DNA from: Thermoleophilia bacterium | Lineage (GTDB): Bacteria; Actinomycetota; Thermoleophilia; RBG-16-64-13 | Reading direction: 5' to 3' | Assembly: GCA_040768135.1 (NCBI GenBank) | Contig: JAXGNF010000002.1 | Coordinates: 18,435-82,434 of the forward strand | DNA length: 64,000 nucleotides | Part shown: positions 21,086 to 31,352 of the stretch, piece after piece | How positions within the stretch are numbered: position 1 is the stretch's first letter | How the letters are laid out: each line of letters begins with the position of its first letter | Notes under the pieces: generated by a model | What the model was told of the DNA's origin: nothing | The model's input: only the letters and a program-made list of their open reading frames with translations | Databases searched by the model: none | Translations under genes and position numbers: made by a program

Positions 21086-22387
21086 ATGCATACCGACCCC
21101 GCGACAGACCCTCAGGACGCGGGTAGACGAACGCGACTGGCTTGGTACTCCTACGACCTCGGTAATACCGCCGTTGAGTTCGCCATTCCCCTGTACCTGA
21201 CCACCTGGATAGTAAGCGACTTGGGCGTGGCCGCATGGATATTCGGGTTGGCCTCGGCCGTGTCGTCTTGGGCCATCGGCCTGAGCGGACCATACCTCGG
21301 TGTGCGGGCCGACGAACGGCGCTCGCGCCGACAATGGTTCTCGATATCAGTGGTCGTAGCGACGGCACTCTTGGCGTCGTTGGTCTTCTTCCCTCGATCG
21401 GGTACCGGCGCCTTGACCGCGATTGTTGTGACCGCGATGGCGGCCAACTATTTCTTCCAGCTTTCCAGCCTCATTTACAACGCCTCCATGCTGACCGCCG
21501 CCACCGGACAGAACGTGGTCAGCATCTCGTCTATCGGCTTAGCCTGGAGTTTTCTTGGCGGGGCCGTGGGAGTGGGCGTCATCGAACTGGTCATCTCGGG
21601 CAGAATCATCTCGGGGGTGAGCGGACGTGGGTACGCTCTGCTGCCCGCGGCGCTGCTGTTTCTTGTCTGCGCTGCGCCCGGCATCTATACGCCCCGGTTG
21701 TGGCAGAAGAAGTCGGACACCGTGGATATCCCCCAAGGGGGTCTCCACTCCCGCATGAGGATCCTCTGGGACGAATCATCCCGGCAATATCGGGCCGGCT
21801 GGTTCTTGGCCGGCTATTTTGCTCTCAACTCGGCCATCCAGGGCCTCACCCTTTATCTGCCTCTCCACGTCCAGACTGTCACCGGCCTGGAGGGCCCTGG
21901 CCTACTCCTCGCTTTCGGGATAGTGGTGGTCTTCTCTGGGGTGGGAGCCGGCGTGGTCGCCCTCCTGCGGCCCGACGGGCGGATGGTGCGCCGGATAATC
22001 CTAGTCGGACTGACCCTCTTGGCGCTCAACGCCTTCGTCTTCAGCGTCGTGTCCGCTTTGCCCCTCGTCGTGTTCTGCGCTACCCTCCACGGACTGTTCT
22101 CGGGCGCCCTTGTCCCCACCGTGCGAGGCGCCTTCGCCCAGACCTTCCGCTCTGACTACCAAGCATTGGCCTTTGGGCTCTTCGGAGCCGTCCAGCGTGT
22201 GTCGCAAGGGCTTGGAGCGGCCCTATGGCCGATAGCGGGCGCTGCCGGTAGAAGCGAAGCAGCATCGTGGGGCATCGTCGCCATGGGAGTGCTGGCGCTC
22301 ATCGGGGTGCCGCTTTTCTCCCGTTGGAAGTTCGGTCAAATGGAGACCGAAGGAGCCGCCGCCGTAGAGGAATCCGGCCTAATCTAG
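21086..22387 (+). CDS. MFS transporter
   Basis: 433 aa with about 12 predicted TM segments and MFS-like loops. Confidence 0.8.
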   Translation: MHTDPATDPQDAGRRTRLAWYSYDLGNTAVEFAIPLYLTTWIVSDLGVAAWIFGLASAVSSWAIGLSGPYLGVRADERRSRRQWFSISVVVATALLASLVFFPRSGTGALTAIVVTAMAANYFFQLSSLIYNASMLTAATGQNVVSISSIGLAWSFLGGAVGVGVIELVISGRIISGVSGRGYALLPAALLFLVCAAPGIYTPRLWQKKSDTVDIPQGGLHSRMRILWDESSRQYRAGWFLAGYFALNSAIQGLTLYLPLHVQTVTGLEGPGLLLAFGIVVVFSGVGAGVVALLRPDGRMVRRIILVGLTLLALNAFVFSVVSALPLVVFCATLHGLFSGALVPTVRGAFAQTFRSDYQALAFGLFGAVQRVSQGLGAALWPIAGAAGRSEAASWGIVAMGVLALIGVPLFSRWKFGQMETEGAAAVEESGLI

Positions 22388-22463
22388 GCCGACTCACGCT
22401 CCAACAGCCCGGCTGACACGGCGAAGTTCGCTCCCCATTAGGTGGACTGCCGCAACCAGTAGC

Positions 22464-23246
22464 TTAGGACCCGACCTCAGAGTCGTTCGCCCCCCGGGGA
22501 TAGAAGAGCTTCACTAACGAGCGGTAATGCGCCCCTTTCCAGTACAGGCGCCCGCAGCCGGTGCACCGCCAGAACTCGTGGTAGTAACGCGCGGTTCTTG
22601 GCGGCAACTCGGCGAGGACTTCCGACTTGAGCACCGCTTCTACCGGGCTGTTGCACACGGAGCAACGGGTGAACGGACGAAGCGACCTCCACAGATCAAA
22701 CCGTTCGAAGATCTCAGCGACCTGAGCGCGGGGTGAGGTCTCGCGGACCAGGTATCCGTGAGTCACGGCGGTCCTCATCAGAAGACCACGGTCGCGGGTG
22801 AGAATGATCCTCTTCTCGGCCAGAGCGGTCTCGACTAGGACGCGATCGTCCCAATCGTTGCGGTACAACGTATCGAGGCCGGCCAGGCGCAGATAGGCGG
22901 CTGCTCGACCCAGATGCACATCGGCCGCGAAACGGACCACCCGTAGCGGCTGCGTCCGTACCAGCGATACCGGCGAGATGTCAAACGACTCGAACATCGG
23001 GTAAACACTCACCCGGTCGCCGTCTGTAAGCCGGTAGTCAAAGCCGACCGAGTCGCCGTTCACAAGGATAAGGTCGACCTCGGTGTGAGGTATACCCAAC
23101 CCTTCGATCAAGTCTTTAACCGAACCGCCTCTGGGGCACGCATGTTCGAACTCCTTCCCCCGGCGTGAAGAAGGCAGAAGATCCCCGAGTTCGGCGTAGA
23201 AGCGGATGTAGACGGTGCCCGTTTTGGCCTACCCGACGAAACCCAT
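22464..23246 (-). CDS. Mut7-C RNase-domain protein (N-terminal MoaD/ubiquitin-like domain plus a PIN-like domain with a CxxC...CxxC zinc ribbon). It is interrupted by an in-frame TAG at 23229-23231; the track ORF begins at the TTG at 23111.
   Basis: Downstream of the TTG lie VRFAADVHLGRAAAYLRLAGLDT and CSVC...CTGC. Upstream, in the same frame, the sequence reads ATG GGT TTC GTC GGG TAG and then AKTGTVYIRFYAELGDLLPSSRRGKEFEHACPRGGSVKD, which is the conserved start of the ubiquitin-like domain. Confidence 0.7.
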
Positions 23247-23254
23247 CGCCTAGA

Positions 23255-23629
23255 CTACTCGGCCGTCTGAAGACGTACCGGTCCCGCGAGCGAGAACACT
23301 ATGATTCGTTCCCCCACACGGGTGCTGATGTCGGTATGGAGGCTGCGCACGGCCTGGCCTGTGACATCATGGATGATGGCCTCGAGCAACGGACGGGCTT
23401 TCTCGATGAGCTCGCGCCTCACTTCTTTGACCAACGTCCGACCGTGCGGCGTCCCATCCACTCCGGCAAGCTGCCGTTCGGCCTGAGTCAACACTCCTCG
23501 CAGGCGCACGAGCACAAGGTCGTCGATGATGTAGGTCCGGGCCTCCTCGGGACCGCGGCCCATGTAGTCGAGTTCGAACCTGACTATGGCGTCGCTTATC
23601 TCCGCCTCAAGCCGGCCTTTCGTCTTCAT
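23255..23629 (-). CDS. DUF2294-family protein
   Basis: 124 aa; LEAEISDAIVRFELDYMGRGPEEARTYIIDDLVLVRLRGVLT matches DUF2294 as recalled from memory. Its stop lies 8 nt before the Mut7-C ATG. Confidence 0.7.
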   Translation of the reverse strand: MKTKGRLEAEISDAIVRFELDYMGRGPEEARTYIIDDLVLVRLRGVLTQAERQLAGVDGTPHGRTLVKEVRRELIEKARPLLEAIIHDVTGQAVRSLHTDISTRVGERIIVFSLAGPVRLQTAE

Positions 23630-23741
23630 GGCCCCTCTCCTTCGTGCCCTGTAGCCATGAGGCTCTCTATGCCTGACGGCAATCGCTCAGCACCCCGACC
23701 CGTGATACCGGCCCGAAACAGCCTCCCGGTTCCCGGTCCTC

Positions 23742-25067
23742 CTAACGTTTCTGCATCTCCAGAGCGCAGGTCAACATCACCTCGAACAGGTCGACAAGAT
23801 CGCCTTCGTCCACACAAGAGACGGCCACCCGTATATCGGTCTTGCTCGTCGAGATGACACCGACACCGTAGTCGTTCAGAAGCTTCACGCGATAGGCTTC
23901 TGCGTCGAGCTCGTTCAGCCGCACACACATGAAGTACCCAGAGTTGAACGGGTAGGGCTTCCAAGCCGCGGAGAATCGCGGCTCCGCCAAGATGGCCCGC
24001 ACCTTCTCGGCCCGCCGGGCGAGAATCGCGAACTTCTCGGCTTTCTCGGTCCGGTACGCAGGATCGTTCATGGCCCGCAATAGCAAAGACTGTGACAGGT
24101 TAGACGAGTTACTGATGGTCCCCCGGATGCACCCTCCGGTCTTTTTCTCCAAAGCTCCGTAAGCCCCTGAGCCCCCAGATATACCGTAGGTGATGAACGC
24201 GACCCGTAGTCCCCAGGCGTAATCTTCCTTGGAGGCGCCGTCGAGCTTGACCGCAAGGATGCGGGGATGCGCGTCTGCCAGACGTGTGAACAGAGATTCC
24301 TTCAGCACACCGGCCTCGTAGAAAAGGCCGAAATAGGCATCGTCGCAGAGGGCCACGATGTCGCACTGTCGCTCATCGGCCGCCCGAACGAGAATGTCGC
24401 GTAGCGCGTCGGCTTCGGCCCCAGTTATCGCGTAGCCGGTCGGATTGTTGGGGAAGTTGAAAAGGATCACCAATTTGCCCCGGTGGGCATGTTCGTCCAC
24501 CAGAGAGCGGAACCCCTCTACGTCAAAGCCCTCACCGAGGCGCAGTAACGGATAGTCAACCAACCGAGCGCCTCGCTTGACCTCGAAGACGAGCTTGTAG
24601 TTACCCCACACTTGGTCGGGCACGAACAGCAGATCTCCCTCGTCGATGAACATGTCGGCCATCGTACTCAGCCCGTGAGTGATCCCACTGGTGACCACCG
24701 GGAGACTGAGCGGAATGTCGCCTAGAGACGGGTTCTTCTCTCGTATCTCTGCGAGCCAAGCAGACCTCAGGTCGTTGCGACCGGCCGAAGGAGCATAGGG
24801 CAGAGCCTGATCCGGGCTGAGATCCTGTAGATAGCGAACCACCGAGGGCAGAGCCATCGAATGTTGTTCTTCACGGGCCTCACCGATAGTGGCGTTGTAC
24901 CGGTAGGCCTTCTGGTTCGCCTCCGCCGACTGAGTCAGAATGCCCTTGGGGAAGTAAAGGGCCTTACCCAGGTCGGAGAGCATCCGCATAACTGCGGGCG
25001 CCTCTCGTTCGATGGTTTCGTTGGCCTCGACCGCCAGCGGGTTCAGCCTGACCTCCTCTCCACTCAC
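23742..25067 (-). CDS. PLP-dependent aminotransferase, class I/II (aspartate-aminotransferase family)
   Basis: 441 aa with the NFPNNPTG motif and a Lys-containing PLP region; adjacent to pckG. Confidence 0.8.
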   Translation of the reverse strand: MSGEEVRLNPLAVEANETIEREAPAVMRMLSDLGKALYFPKGILTQSAEANQKAYRYNATIGEAREEQHSMALPSVVRYLQDLSPDQALPYAPSAGRNDLRSAWLAEIREKNPSLGDIPLSLPVVTSGITHGLSTMADMFIDEGDLLFVPDQVWGNYKLVFEVKRGARLVDYPLLRLGEGFDVEGFRSLVDEHAHRGKLVILFNFPNNPTGYAITGAEADALRDILVRAADERQCDIVALCDDAYFGLFYEAGVLKESLFTRLADAHPRILAVKLDGASKEDYAWGLRVAFITYGISGGSGAYGALEKKTGGCIRGTISNSSNLSQSLLLRAMNDPAYRTEKAEKFAILARRAEKVRAILAEPRFSAAWKPYPFNSGYFMCVRLNELDAEAYRVKLLNDYGVGVISTSKTDIRVAVSCVDEGDLVDLFEVMLTCALEMQKR

Positions 25068-25070
25068 CGC

Positions 25071-26885
25071 TCACTCCTCACTCAGGCGCTCTTGCAGAGC
25101 GGCCAGTTGTCGACGCAACGCCGCCGGGAGCCGGTCTCCAAAGTTGTTGTAGTATTCGCCCAGATTGGCCGCCTCGGCCTGCCAGGCTTCTCGATCGACC
25201 GTCAGGAGCACGCGGAGATCTTCGGGCGAGATATCGAGACCGGTCAGGTCGAGGGCTTCCGGGGTGGGCAGGTTGCCGATAGGCGTCTTCACCGCCTGGC
25301 CTTTCCCCTCAATACGCTCGCAGATCCATTTGAGCACCCGGCTGTTCTCGCCATATCCGGGCCACAGCCAGCGGCCGTCTTCTCCCTTTCGGAACCAGTT
25401 GACGAAGAAGATACGGGGCAGCTTGCTCTCGTCGGTGCGATCGGCCATCGAGAGCCAGTGGGCAAAGTAGTCACCCATGTTGTAACCGCAGAACGGCAGC
25501 ATGGCGAAGGGGTCGTGTCGGAGCACACCTGTCTTGCTGAGATTGGCCGCCGTGGTCTCTGACCCCGCGGCCGAACCCATGAACACACCGTGCTCCCAGT
25601 CGAACGACTCATAGACCAGCGGCACGGTGCCGGCCCGCCGGCCTCCGAACAGTATCGCCGAGATGGGCACACCAGCCGGATTCTCCCAGTCGGGGTCGAT
25701 AACCGGACACTGCGCGGCCGGAGCCGTGAAGCGGGCATTGGGGTGGGCGGCTTTGCGTCCCGAGTCGGGCGACCAATCATTACCTTCCCAGTCGATCGCG
25801 TGAGCAGGCGCGGCGATGCCCATGTCCTCCCACCAGATGTCGCCCTCATCAGTGAGAGCAGCATTGGTGAAGATGGTATTGGTCGTAAGGGTCTCCATAG
25901 CATTGGGGTTAGATTCAGCGGACGTGCCCGGCGCCACCCCAAAAAAGCCGGTCTCGGGATTCATGGCATATAAACGCCCGTCCGCACCGATCCGCATCCA
26001 CGCTATATCGTCCCCGATGGTGGTCACTTTCCAGCCCGGGAGAGTCGGCTTCATCATAGCCAGATTGGTTTTGCCGCAGGCACTGGGGAAGGCTCCCGCG
26101 ATGTAGTACTTCTTCCCCTCAGGAGAGGTCAGAGCCAAGATCAGCATGTGCTCCGCCAACCAGCCTTCCTTGCGGGCCATAGCCGACGCGATGCGCAGAG
26201 CGAGGCACTTCTTACCCAGAAGGGCATTACCGCCGTAACCGGACCCGTACGACCAGATAGAGGGATCATCGGGAAAGTGCACGATGTACTTGCGTGCCGG
26301 ATCGCGCTCGCAGGGCCAGGTGGCATCTTCCTCTCCCGGTTCGAGCGGCGCTCCCACCGAGTGCAGGCACGGGATGTATTCGCCATCTTCTCCCAAAGTC
26401 TCAAGCACTTTGGTTCCCACTCGAGTCATGATCATCATGTTGGCCACCACATACGGAGAGTCGGTGACCTCGATCCCGATCTTGGAGAAAGACGAGCCGA
26501 TCGGACCCATGGAGAAGGGGATCACGTAGAGCGTGCGGCCTTTCATGCAACCGTCGAACATGGCGGTCAGCTTCTGCTTCATCTCGCCTGCTTCGATCCA
26601 GTTGTTGGTGGGACCGGCTTCTATCTGCTGAGGAGTACTGATGTAGGTGCGGTCTTCGACCCGGGCTACGTCACTGGGATGTGAACGGGCCAACACGCAG
26701 TTGGGCCTCAGGGTCTCGTTCAACCTTGTGAACGTACCGTGATCGACGCACACCTGACACACATGCGCGTACTCTTCGGGGGAGCCGTCGCATACGTGCA
26801 CGCCATCCGGCCTACAGAGCCGTTCGATCTCCTCCAACCACGACCGCAACCGCGCATGTCTGATCATCTCGAACCCGGCCGTCAT
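25071..26885 (-). CDS. pckG: Phosphoenolpyruvate carboxykinase (GTP). The track ORF extends to 27068; the likely start is the Met of MTAGFEM at 26885.
   Basis: GTP-PEPCK motifs: FSMGPIGS, kinase-1a GKTNLAMM, and the [16 protein letters not shown] region. Confidence 0.9.
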   Translation of the reverse strand: MTAGFEMIRHARLRSWLEEIERLCRPDGVHVCDGSPEEYAHVCQVCVDHGTFTRLNETLRPNCVLARSHPSDVARVEDRTYISTPQQIEAGPTNNWIEAGEMKQKLTAMFDGCMKGRTLYVIPFSMGPIGSSFSKIGIEVTDSPYVVANMMIMTRVGTKVLETLGEDGEYIPCLHSVGAPLEPGEEDATWPCERDPARKYIVHFPDDPSIWSYGSGYGGNALLGKKCLALRIASAMARKEGWLAEHMLILALTSPEGKKYYIAGAFPSACGKTNLAMMKPTLPGWKVTTIGDDIAWMRIGADGRLYAMNPETGFFGVAPGTSAESNPNAMETLTTNTIFTNAALTDEGDIWWEDMGIAAPAHAIDWEGNDWSPDSGRKAAHPNARFTAPAAQCPVIDPDWENPAGVPISAILFGGRRAGTVPLVYESFDWEHGVFMGSAAGSETTAANLSKTGVLRHDPFAMLPFCGYNMGDYFAHWLSMADRTDESKLPRIFFVNWFRKGEDGRWLWPGYGENSRVLKWICERIEGKGQAVKTPIGNLPTPEALDLTGLDISPEDLRVLLTVDREAWQAEAANLGEYYNNFGDRLPAALRRQLAALQERLSEE

Positions 26886-26998
26886 CCTCTCTCCTTCCTT
26901 CCTCCCGGCCGGTCGCGACCGACCCTGATGCATATCTGAATAAACAGGAAGCCGGCGCGCACTCAACCGAGTCTCGCTGCCGGCCTCTCGACGCGGCC

Positions 26999-27015
26999 GG
27001 TGGAGTGACTCCACC
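26999..27015. promoter_or_regulatory. Perfect palindrome GGTGGAGT-G-ACTCCACC about 115 nt upstream of pckG; candidate operator
   Basis: Seen directly; 8-bp arms. Confidence 0.25.
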
Positions 27016-27172
27016 CCCCGCCCGTCTGCCTGACAAAAAATACCACGTATCGACCGTCCCGTCCGCAATCAGGGTCGACCGTAGCCCCCGCGGACACAGT
27101 CGCCGCCTCGCCCGGGTGTTCCGGCGCGGCGCCGAGCGCAAGCGCTCCGCGCCGCGCGCCCAACGATACGGA

Positions 27173-28123
27173 CTATCCACCCACCGCTTCGCGCACCATG
27201 TCCAAAGTACCAGCCGATTGCAGCTTCTGGTTCTTATGCGCGATGAAACGCGCATACTCCGCCATGAAGATCTTGCCGGGATCGCGTAGATCGAACTTCT
27301 CCGGATTGTCACGGAAGAACTCCCGGTGCACCCGAGTCCAGACCAAGCGACCGTCGGTATCGATGTTGACCTTGGTCACGCCCAAAGGCACTGCTTTGGC
27401 GAACTCCTCTTCGTCTACGCCCCGCGCGCCCTTCAATCCCCCCCCTGCGGCGTTGATACGGGCCACTTCCTCCTGAGGTACGGAGGACGATCCGTGCATG
27501 ACCAGCGGGAATCCAGGCAGACGCTTCTGGATCTCAGCGGCGACATCCAGGCGCAGGCTCTGGTGGCCGCTGAACTTGTAGGCCCCATGACTGGTACCGA
27601 TGGCGACGGCCAGACTGTCGCAGCCCGACTCCCGCACGAACACCTCAGCTTCAGACGGGTCGGTAAGGTGGGCGTTCTTCTCGTCCACCTGCACGTGTTC
27701 CTCCACCCCGCCCAGTTGGCCCAGCTCGGCCTCTACCGAGATGCCCCGCGCGTGGGCAGCATCCACCACCTGGCGGGTGATACGGATGTTCTCCTCCAAC
27801 GGCTCATGGGAGGCATCGATCATGACCGATGAGTAGAACCCGCTCTCTATACAGTCGAGAGCGGTGGGTAGATCGCCGTGGTCGAGATGTACGGCGAACA
27901 CGGCCTCGGGAAAGATCTCATCAGCCGCCTTGATTATCCCTTCGAGCATACGCTTGTCGGCGTACGAGCGGGCTCCCTTCGATATCTGGATGATGAACGG
28001 AGCCTGCGACTCCAGATTGCCCCTGAAGAGCCCCAGGGCCTGCTCCATGTTATTGATGTTATAGGCGCCCACAGCGAACCGGCCGTAGGCCACCTTGAAG
28101 AGTTCCTTCGTGGTGATGATCAT
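27173..28123 (-). CDS. fba: Class II fructose-bisphosphate aldolase
   Basis: 316 aa with HLDHG and the class II aldolase zinc-ligand pattern. Confidence 0.9.
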   Translation of the reverse strand: MIITTKELFKVAYGRFAVGAYNINNMEQALGLFRGNLESQAPFIIQISKGARSYADKRMLEGIIKAADEIFPEAVFAVHLDHGDLPTALDCIESGFYSSVMIDASHEPLEENIRITRQVVDAAHARGISVEAELGQLGGVEEHVQVDEKNAHLTDPSEAEVFVRESGCDSLAVAIGTSHGAYKFSGHQSLRLDVAAEIQKRLPGFPLVMHGSSSVPQEEVARINAAGGGLKGARGVDEEEFAKAVPLGVTKVNIDTDGRLVWTRVHREFFRDNPEKFDLRDPGKIFMAEYARFIAHKNQKLQSAGTLDMVREAVGG

Positions 28124-28152
28124 CAGGCGCTCCTATCAGTCGCCGGCGGGCT

Positions 28153-28434
28153 TCATTGGGCGTTCGCGGCCTCCCAGTAGGCCTCGGCTTCTTCTTCCAT
28201 CTTCTCGAGCCGATCGTAGTAGTCTGGGAACTCCTTGAGGTGGGCCCACGCGATCTTGGCAGTCATCACCATATCGTCGTCGGTGACGTTCGTCTCGGGG
28301 TCGTGAGCTCCGTGCTCCAGCTCTACGTCCATCCCCCTACGAAACTGCTCGACGTCGAAATCTTTCCAATCAATGCCGATTTCATCGCCCACTGCTTTCG
28401 CCTGCTCGGCGGTGAAGTGTTTCGAACCGCTCAT
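28153..28434 (-). CDS. Small acidic hypothetical protein (93 aa)
   Basis: A clean ORF with ATG, good codon bias and a 29-nt gap to fba; family not confidently recognised. Confidence 0.5.
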   Translation of the reverse strand: MSGSKHFTAEQAKAVGDEIGIDWKDFDVEQFRRGMDVELEHGAHDPETNVTDDDMVMTAKIAWAHLKEFPDYYDRLEKMEEEAEAYWEAANAQ

Positions 28435-28663
28435 GTCACTCCTTGAGGTCGAGGCCCAGCCGCTAACGGAGGCCGTATTGTCGATGACACACCTTCACAG
28501 CATAGCAAGCAGCTAGGATCACGGCTCGGCTCCTTCATATTTGCAACCCCACAGAGTGCGGTCAGAGTGTTTTTGTCAGGCCGTTCGTCGAAGCGGCCTA
28601 GGTATCTCCCCACTGTTCGAGACGGCGTGCTAGTCTGAAAACCGACCGAGGAGGTGCACCTAC

Positions 28664-30385
28664 TTGAAGGCCCCGATATCTACTTTGGCCTACATACCGA
28701 GAGGTAGATCGGGGCGGAACGTGCTCGTCCTGGTCGGATACGTGGTGTTCTTGGTGATCGTCATGATGACCTACGCCCGGGTCTTCCAGTACCTCATGGC
28801 GGAGTACGAGGGACGGCCGGACCACTCTTTCATCAACGGCCTCTATTGGACCGTCACTACCATGACCACCCTCGGTTTTGGCGACATCACCTTCGTCAGC
28901 CATGCCGGTAGGCTGTTTTCGGCCTTTGTCACCCTGACCGGTTTCGTCTTCCTGCTGGTGTTTCTCCCCTTCGGCGTTATCAGCGTGATCTTCGCCCCTT
29001 GGCTCGAGAACCTGCTGCGCTACCGCCCTCGCCTCAGGCTGACACGCAATCTGAAAGGACACGTGGTTATTTGCGGCTGGGATACGGTCACCGAGACTTT
29101 GGCTAAAACCCTCACGACCACCGGTGTGTCGTATGTGGTCCTTACCCCGGATATGGAAGAAGCCCGCCGCCTGGAAGAGGCGCGCGTGAACGTCGTGCTT
29201 GGGGTGCCCACTCATGCCGAAGCCCTCAAACGAGTGCGAACCGAGTACGCCAGGGTAGTCATTGCCAATATGAGCGACCCCGACAACACCAACCTGGCCC
29301 TTACCGTAGCCTCCTTCTGCTCTACTCCTGTTGCCGCAGTGGTCACCGTACCCGAACGCAAGGAATTAGTCAGGATGGCCGGGGCGACCCACGTGGTGCC
29401 GCTACGCGAGACGCTGGGCAACTACATGGCGGTGCGGGCCACCACTCGGGGGGCCATGGGTCATGTCGTCGATTCCCTCGGCAACCTCCTCTTTGCTGAG
29501 ATACCGGCGCACGGGACTCCGTTCGTCGGAGTCAGCCTGCGAGACAGTGGGGTCAGAGCCAAGACCGGCGTGTCGGTCATCGGCATCTGGCAACGAGGGC
29601 ATTTCTCTTTGCCTGAGCCCGAAACCGTGATCACCGACGGCATGGTCTTGTTGTTCGTAGGCACCAAGAGGAATCTCGAGGCCTTGGAGCGGGTTCTTGG
29701 GGAATGCGAAACCGATGACCTAGTGATGATACTTGGCTACGGCACGGTAGGTTCCGCCGCGTCCGCGTTCCTGCGACACCGCAAGGTCCCGCACATCATC
29801 GTGGATCGTGCGGCCGAACCGCAGCCGGACGAGCCCGTTATCATCCAAGGCGATGCGAGCAGACGAGCCGTCCTCGAAAAAGCGGGCATCGATCGGGCCA
29901 GGGGGCTCATCGTAACCACTAACGACGACGGTACCAACGTCTTTCTGACGTTGGCGGGCCGGCACCTCAACCCACATATCCGCATAGTCTCCCGGGCGAA
30001 CCGCGAGGAGAACATCGCCGAGCTATACGCTGCCGGAGCCGATTTCGTCGTCTCTCATTCTTCGATCGGATCGAGCATCCTCACCAACATCATCGAAGGA
30101 CGCCGGAACGTGTTTCTGACCGAAGGGGTGCATGTCTTCTGGCGACCGGTCACCCCTGCCTTGAATGGACAGACCTTGGCCGAATCACGTCTGCGCTCCC
30201 TGACGGGCGCCACTGTGGTGGCAATCCAGCGGGGTCCCGACGCCATCGATTTAGACCTGGCTCCCGACACCGTCCTTGACGGATCGACGGCCCTTATCAT
30301 GGTAGGCACTCCCGAATCCGAAGAGCGCTTTCTACAGCGTTTCGGTAAGACCCGCAACGGGACCGCCGGACGACTGAGCCGCTGA
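28664..30385 (+). CDS. Two-TM potassium channel with tandem RCK (TrkA-N/TrkA-C) domains, MthK-like; TTG start
   Basis: Selectivity filter TTLGFGD between two TM helices; two Rossmann-like RCK domains (ICGWDTV.. and ILGYGTVG..); GAGGAGG Shine-Dalgarno upstream. Confidence 0.85.
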   Translation: MKAPISTLAYIPRGRSGRNVLVLVGYVVFLVIVMMTYARVFQYLMAEYEGRPDHSFINGLYWTVTTMTTLGFGDITFVSHAGRLFSAFVTLTGFVFLLVFLPFGVISVIFAPWLENLLRYRPRLRLTRNLKGHVVICGWDTVTETLAKTLTTTGVSYVVLTPDMEEARRLEEARVNVVLGVPTHAEALKRVRTEYARVVIANMSDPDNTNLALTVASFCSTPVAAVVTVPERKELVRMAGATHVVPLRETLGNYMAVRATTRGAMGHVVDSLGNLLFAEIPAHGTPFVGVSLRDSGVRAKTGVSVIGIWQRGHFSLPEPETVITDGMVLLFVGTKRNLEALERVLGECETDDLVMILGYGTVGSAASAFLRHRKVPHIIVDRAAEPQPDEPVIIQGDASRRAVLEKAGIDRARGLIVTTNDDGTNVFLTLAGRHLNPHIRIVSRANREENIAELYAAGADFVVSHSSIGSSILTNIIEGRRNVFLTEGVHVFWRPVTPALNGQTLAESRLRSLTGATVVAIQRGPDAIDLDLAPDTVLDGSTALIMVGTPESEERFLQRFGKTRNGTAGRLSR

Positions 30386-30408
30386 ATCCATTCGCGGGAA
30401 GAGCGGAA

Positions 30409-31239
30409 TCAGCGTACCGTGATCGTAGTCAGGACCTCGGGCAGTGGCTTCATCGAACCCTCGGGACCAGTGGAGGCCGTCACCTTGGCGGTCACTTTGT
30501 AGACACCCGGAGCCAGCACGACCCGATCGTTGAGTACGATGGCCTGCTTTCCACCCGATGGTAGGGTATCCACCGTTATCCCCTGGAGGAACGACTTACC
30601 TTCGCTCCACCGGTAGAGCTCTTCCCCATCGCGCTGAAAGACCACCTCCCCCATCTGGCCGGTCGGGAACGTCACATCCAGGGAGGCGGAAGTCAGGTTG
30701 GTCACGTCAAACACCCACCACACCACATTGCTGACCATGAGCGGCTCTGCCGCCGGGCTGAAACGGACCCGGACCTCATCCGTAGCCGTCTCGACCACCG
30801 GAGGTGTCTTCTTCACCTGGAGTACGCCGTCCCTGATGATCCCTTCCAACACCACCGGGAAGTCCGACCATGTCACCTGGGCAAGGTCAGGCTGGTTCGC
30901 TGTAGAACTGAGTCCCACCAGCATTTCCAGGTCAAGGCTTTCTAACTCAAGGGTGGTACCGCCGGCCTGCGGTGGGTACGACTCGAGGAGAGCGGAGGCC
31001 AGAAGCGCCTGGTTTTCGGTTGCGACCAGGTGGCCCTGCACCCTTACGGCTTGGCCGGGCTTGGCCTTCAATGCCTGGTCGATGGTGAGTATCGTATCCC
31101 CGGCCTTGGTCGACCCACAAGCGGCGAAAGCGGTCATCAGACCGACCATGAGCATAACGGTCAAAGTCAGGAGGAACACACTCTGCCGTACTACGGCGCC
31201 TGACCCGGCTTCATAGACTCGAGGATCCTTCATCTCCAT
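30409..31239 (-). CDS. Lipoprotein with a BsuPI-like (proteinase-inhibitor-like beta-sandwich) C-terminal domain. It probably starts at MEMKD; the track ORF extends to 31299.
   Basis: Signal peptide with a lipobox (LMTAFAAC GS); the C-terminal segment VTFPTGQMGEVVFQRDGEELYRWSEGKSFLQ resembles BsuPI, recalled from memory. Confidence 0.55.
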   Translation of the reverse strand: MEMKDPRVYEAGSGAVVRQSVFLLTLTVMLMVGLMTAFAACGSTKAGDTILTIDQALKAKPGQAVRVQGHLVATENQALLASALLESYPPQAGGTTLELESLDLEMLVGLSSTANQPDLAQVTWSDFPVVLEGIIRDGVLQVKKTPPVVETATDEVRVRFSPAAEPLMVSNVVWWVFDVTNLTSASLDVTFPTGQMGEVVFQRDGEELYRWSEGKSFLQGITVDTLPSGGKQAIVLNDRVVLAPGVYKVTAKVTASTGPEGSMKPLPEVLTTITVR

Positions 31240-31352
31240 CCTCCATGGCCATTCCCGACGATCCCCTCTCTCCGATCGGCTGCACCAACGCGGCCCCACC
31301 GACGCGACAGGGGATGCCTACATGTGCGATAGCACCTAAATGTGACGAGGGA

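Noticed and set aside
26886-27068. N-terminal 61-codon extension of the PEPCK ORF
   Set aside because: PEPCK homology starts at MTAGFEM, and the extension is Arg-rich low complexity.
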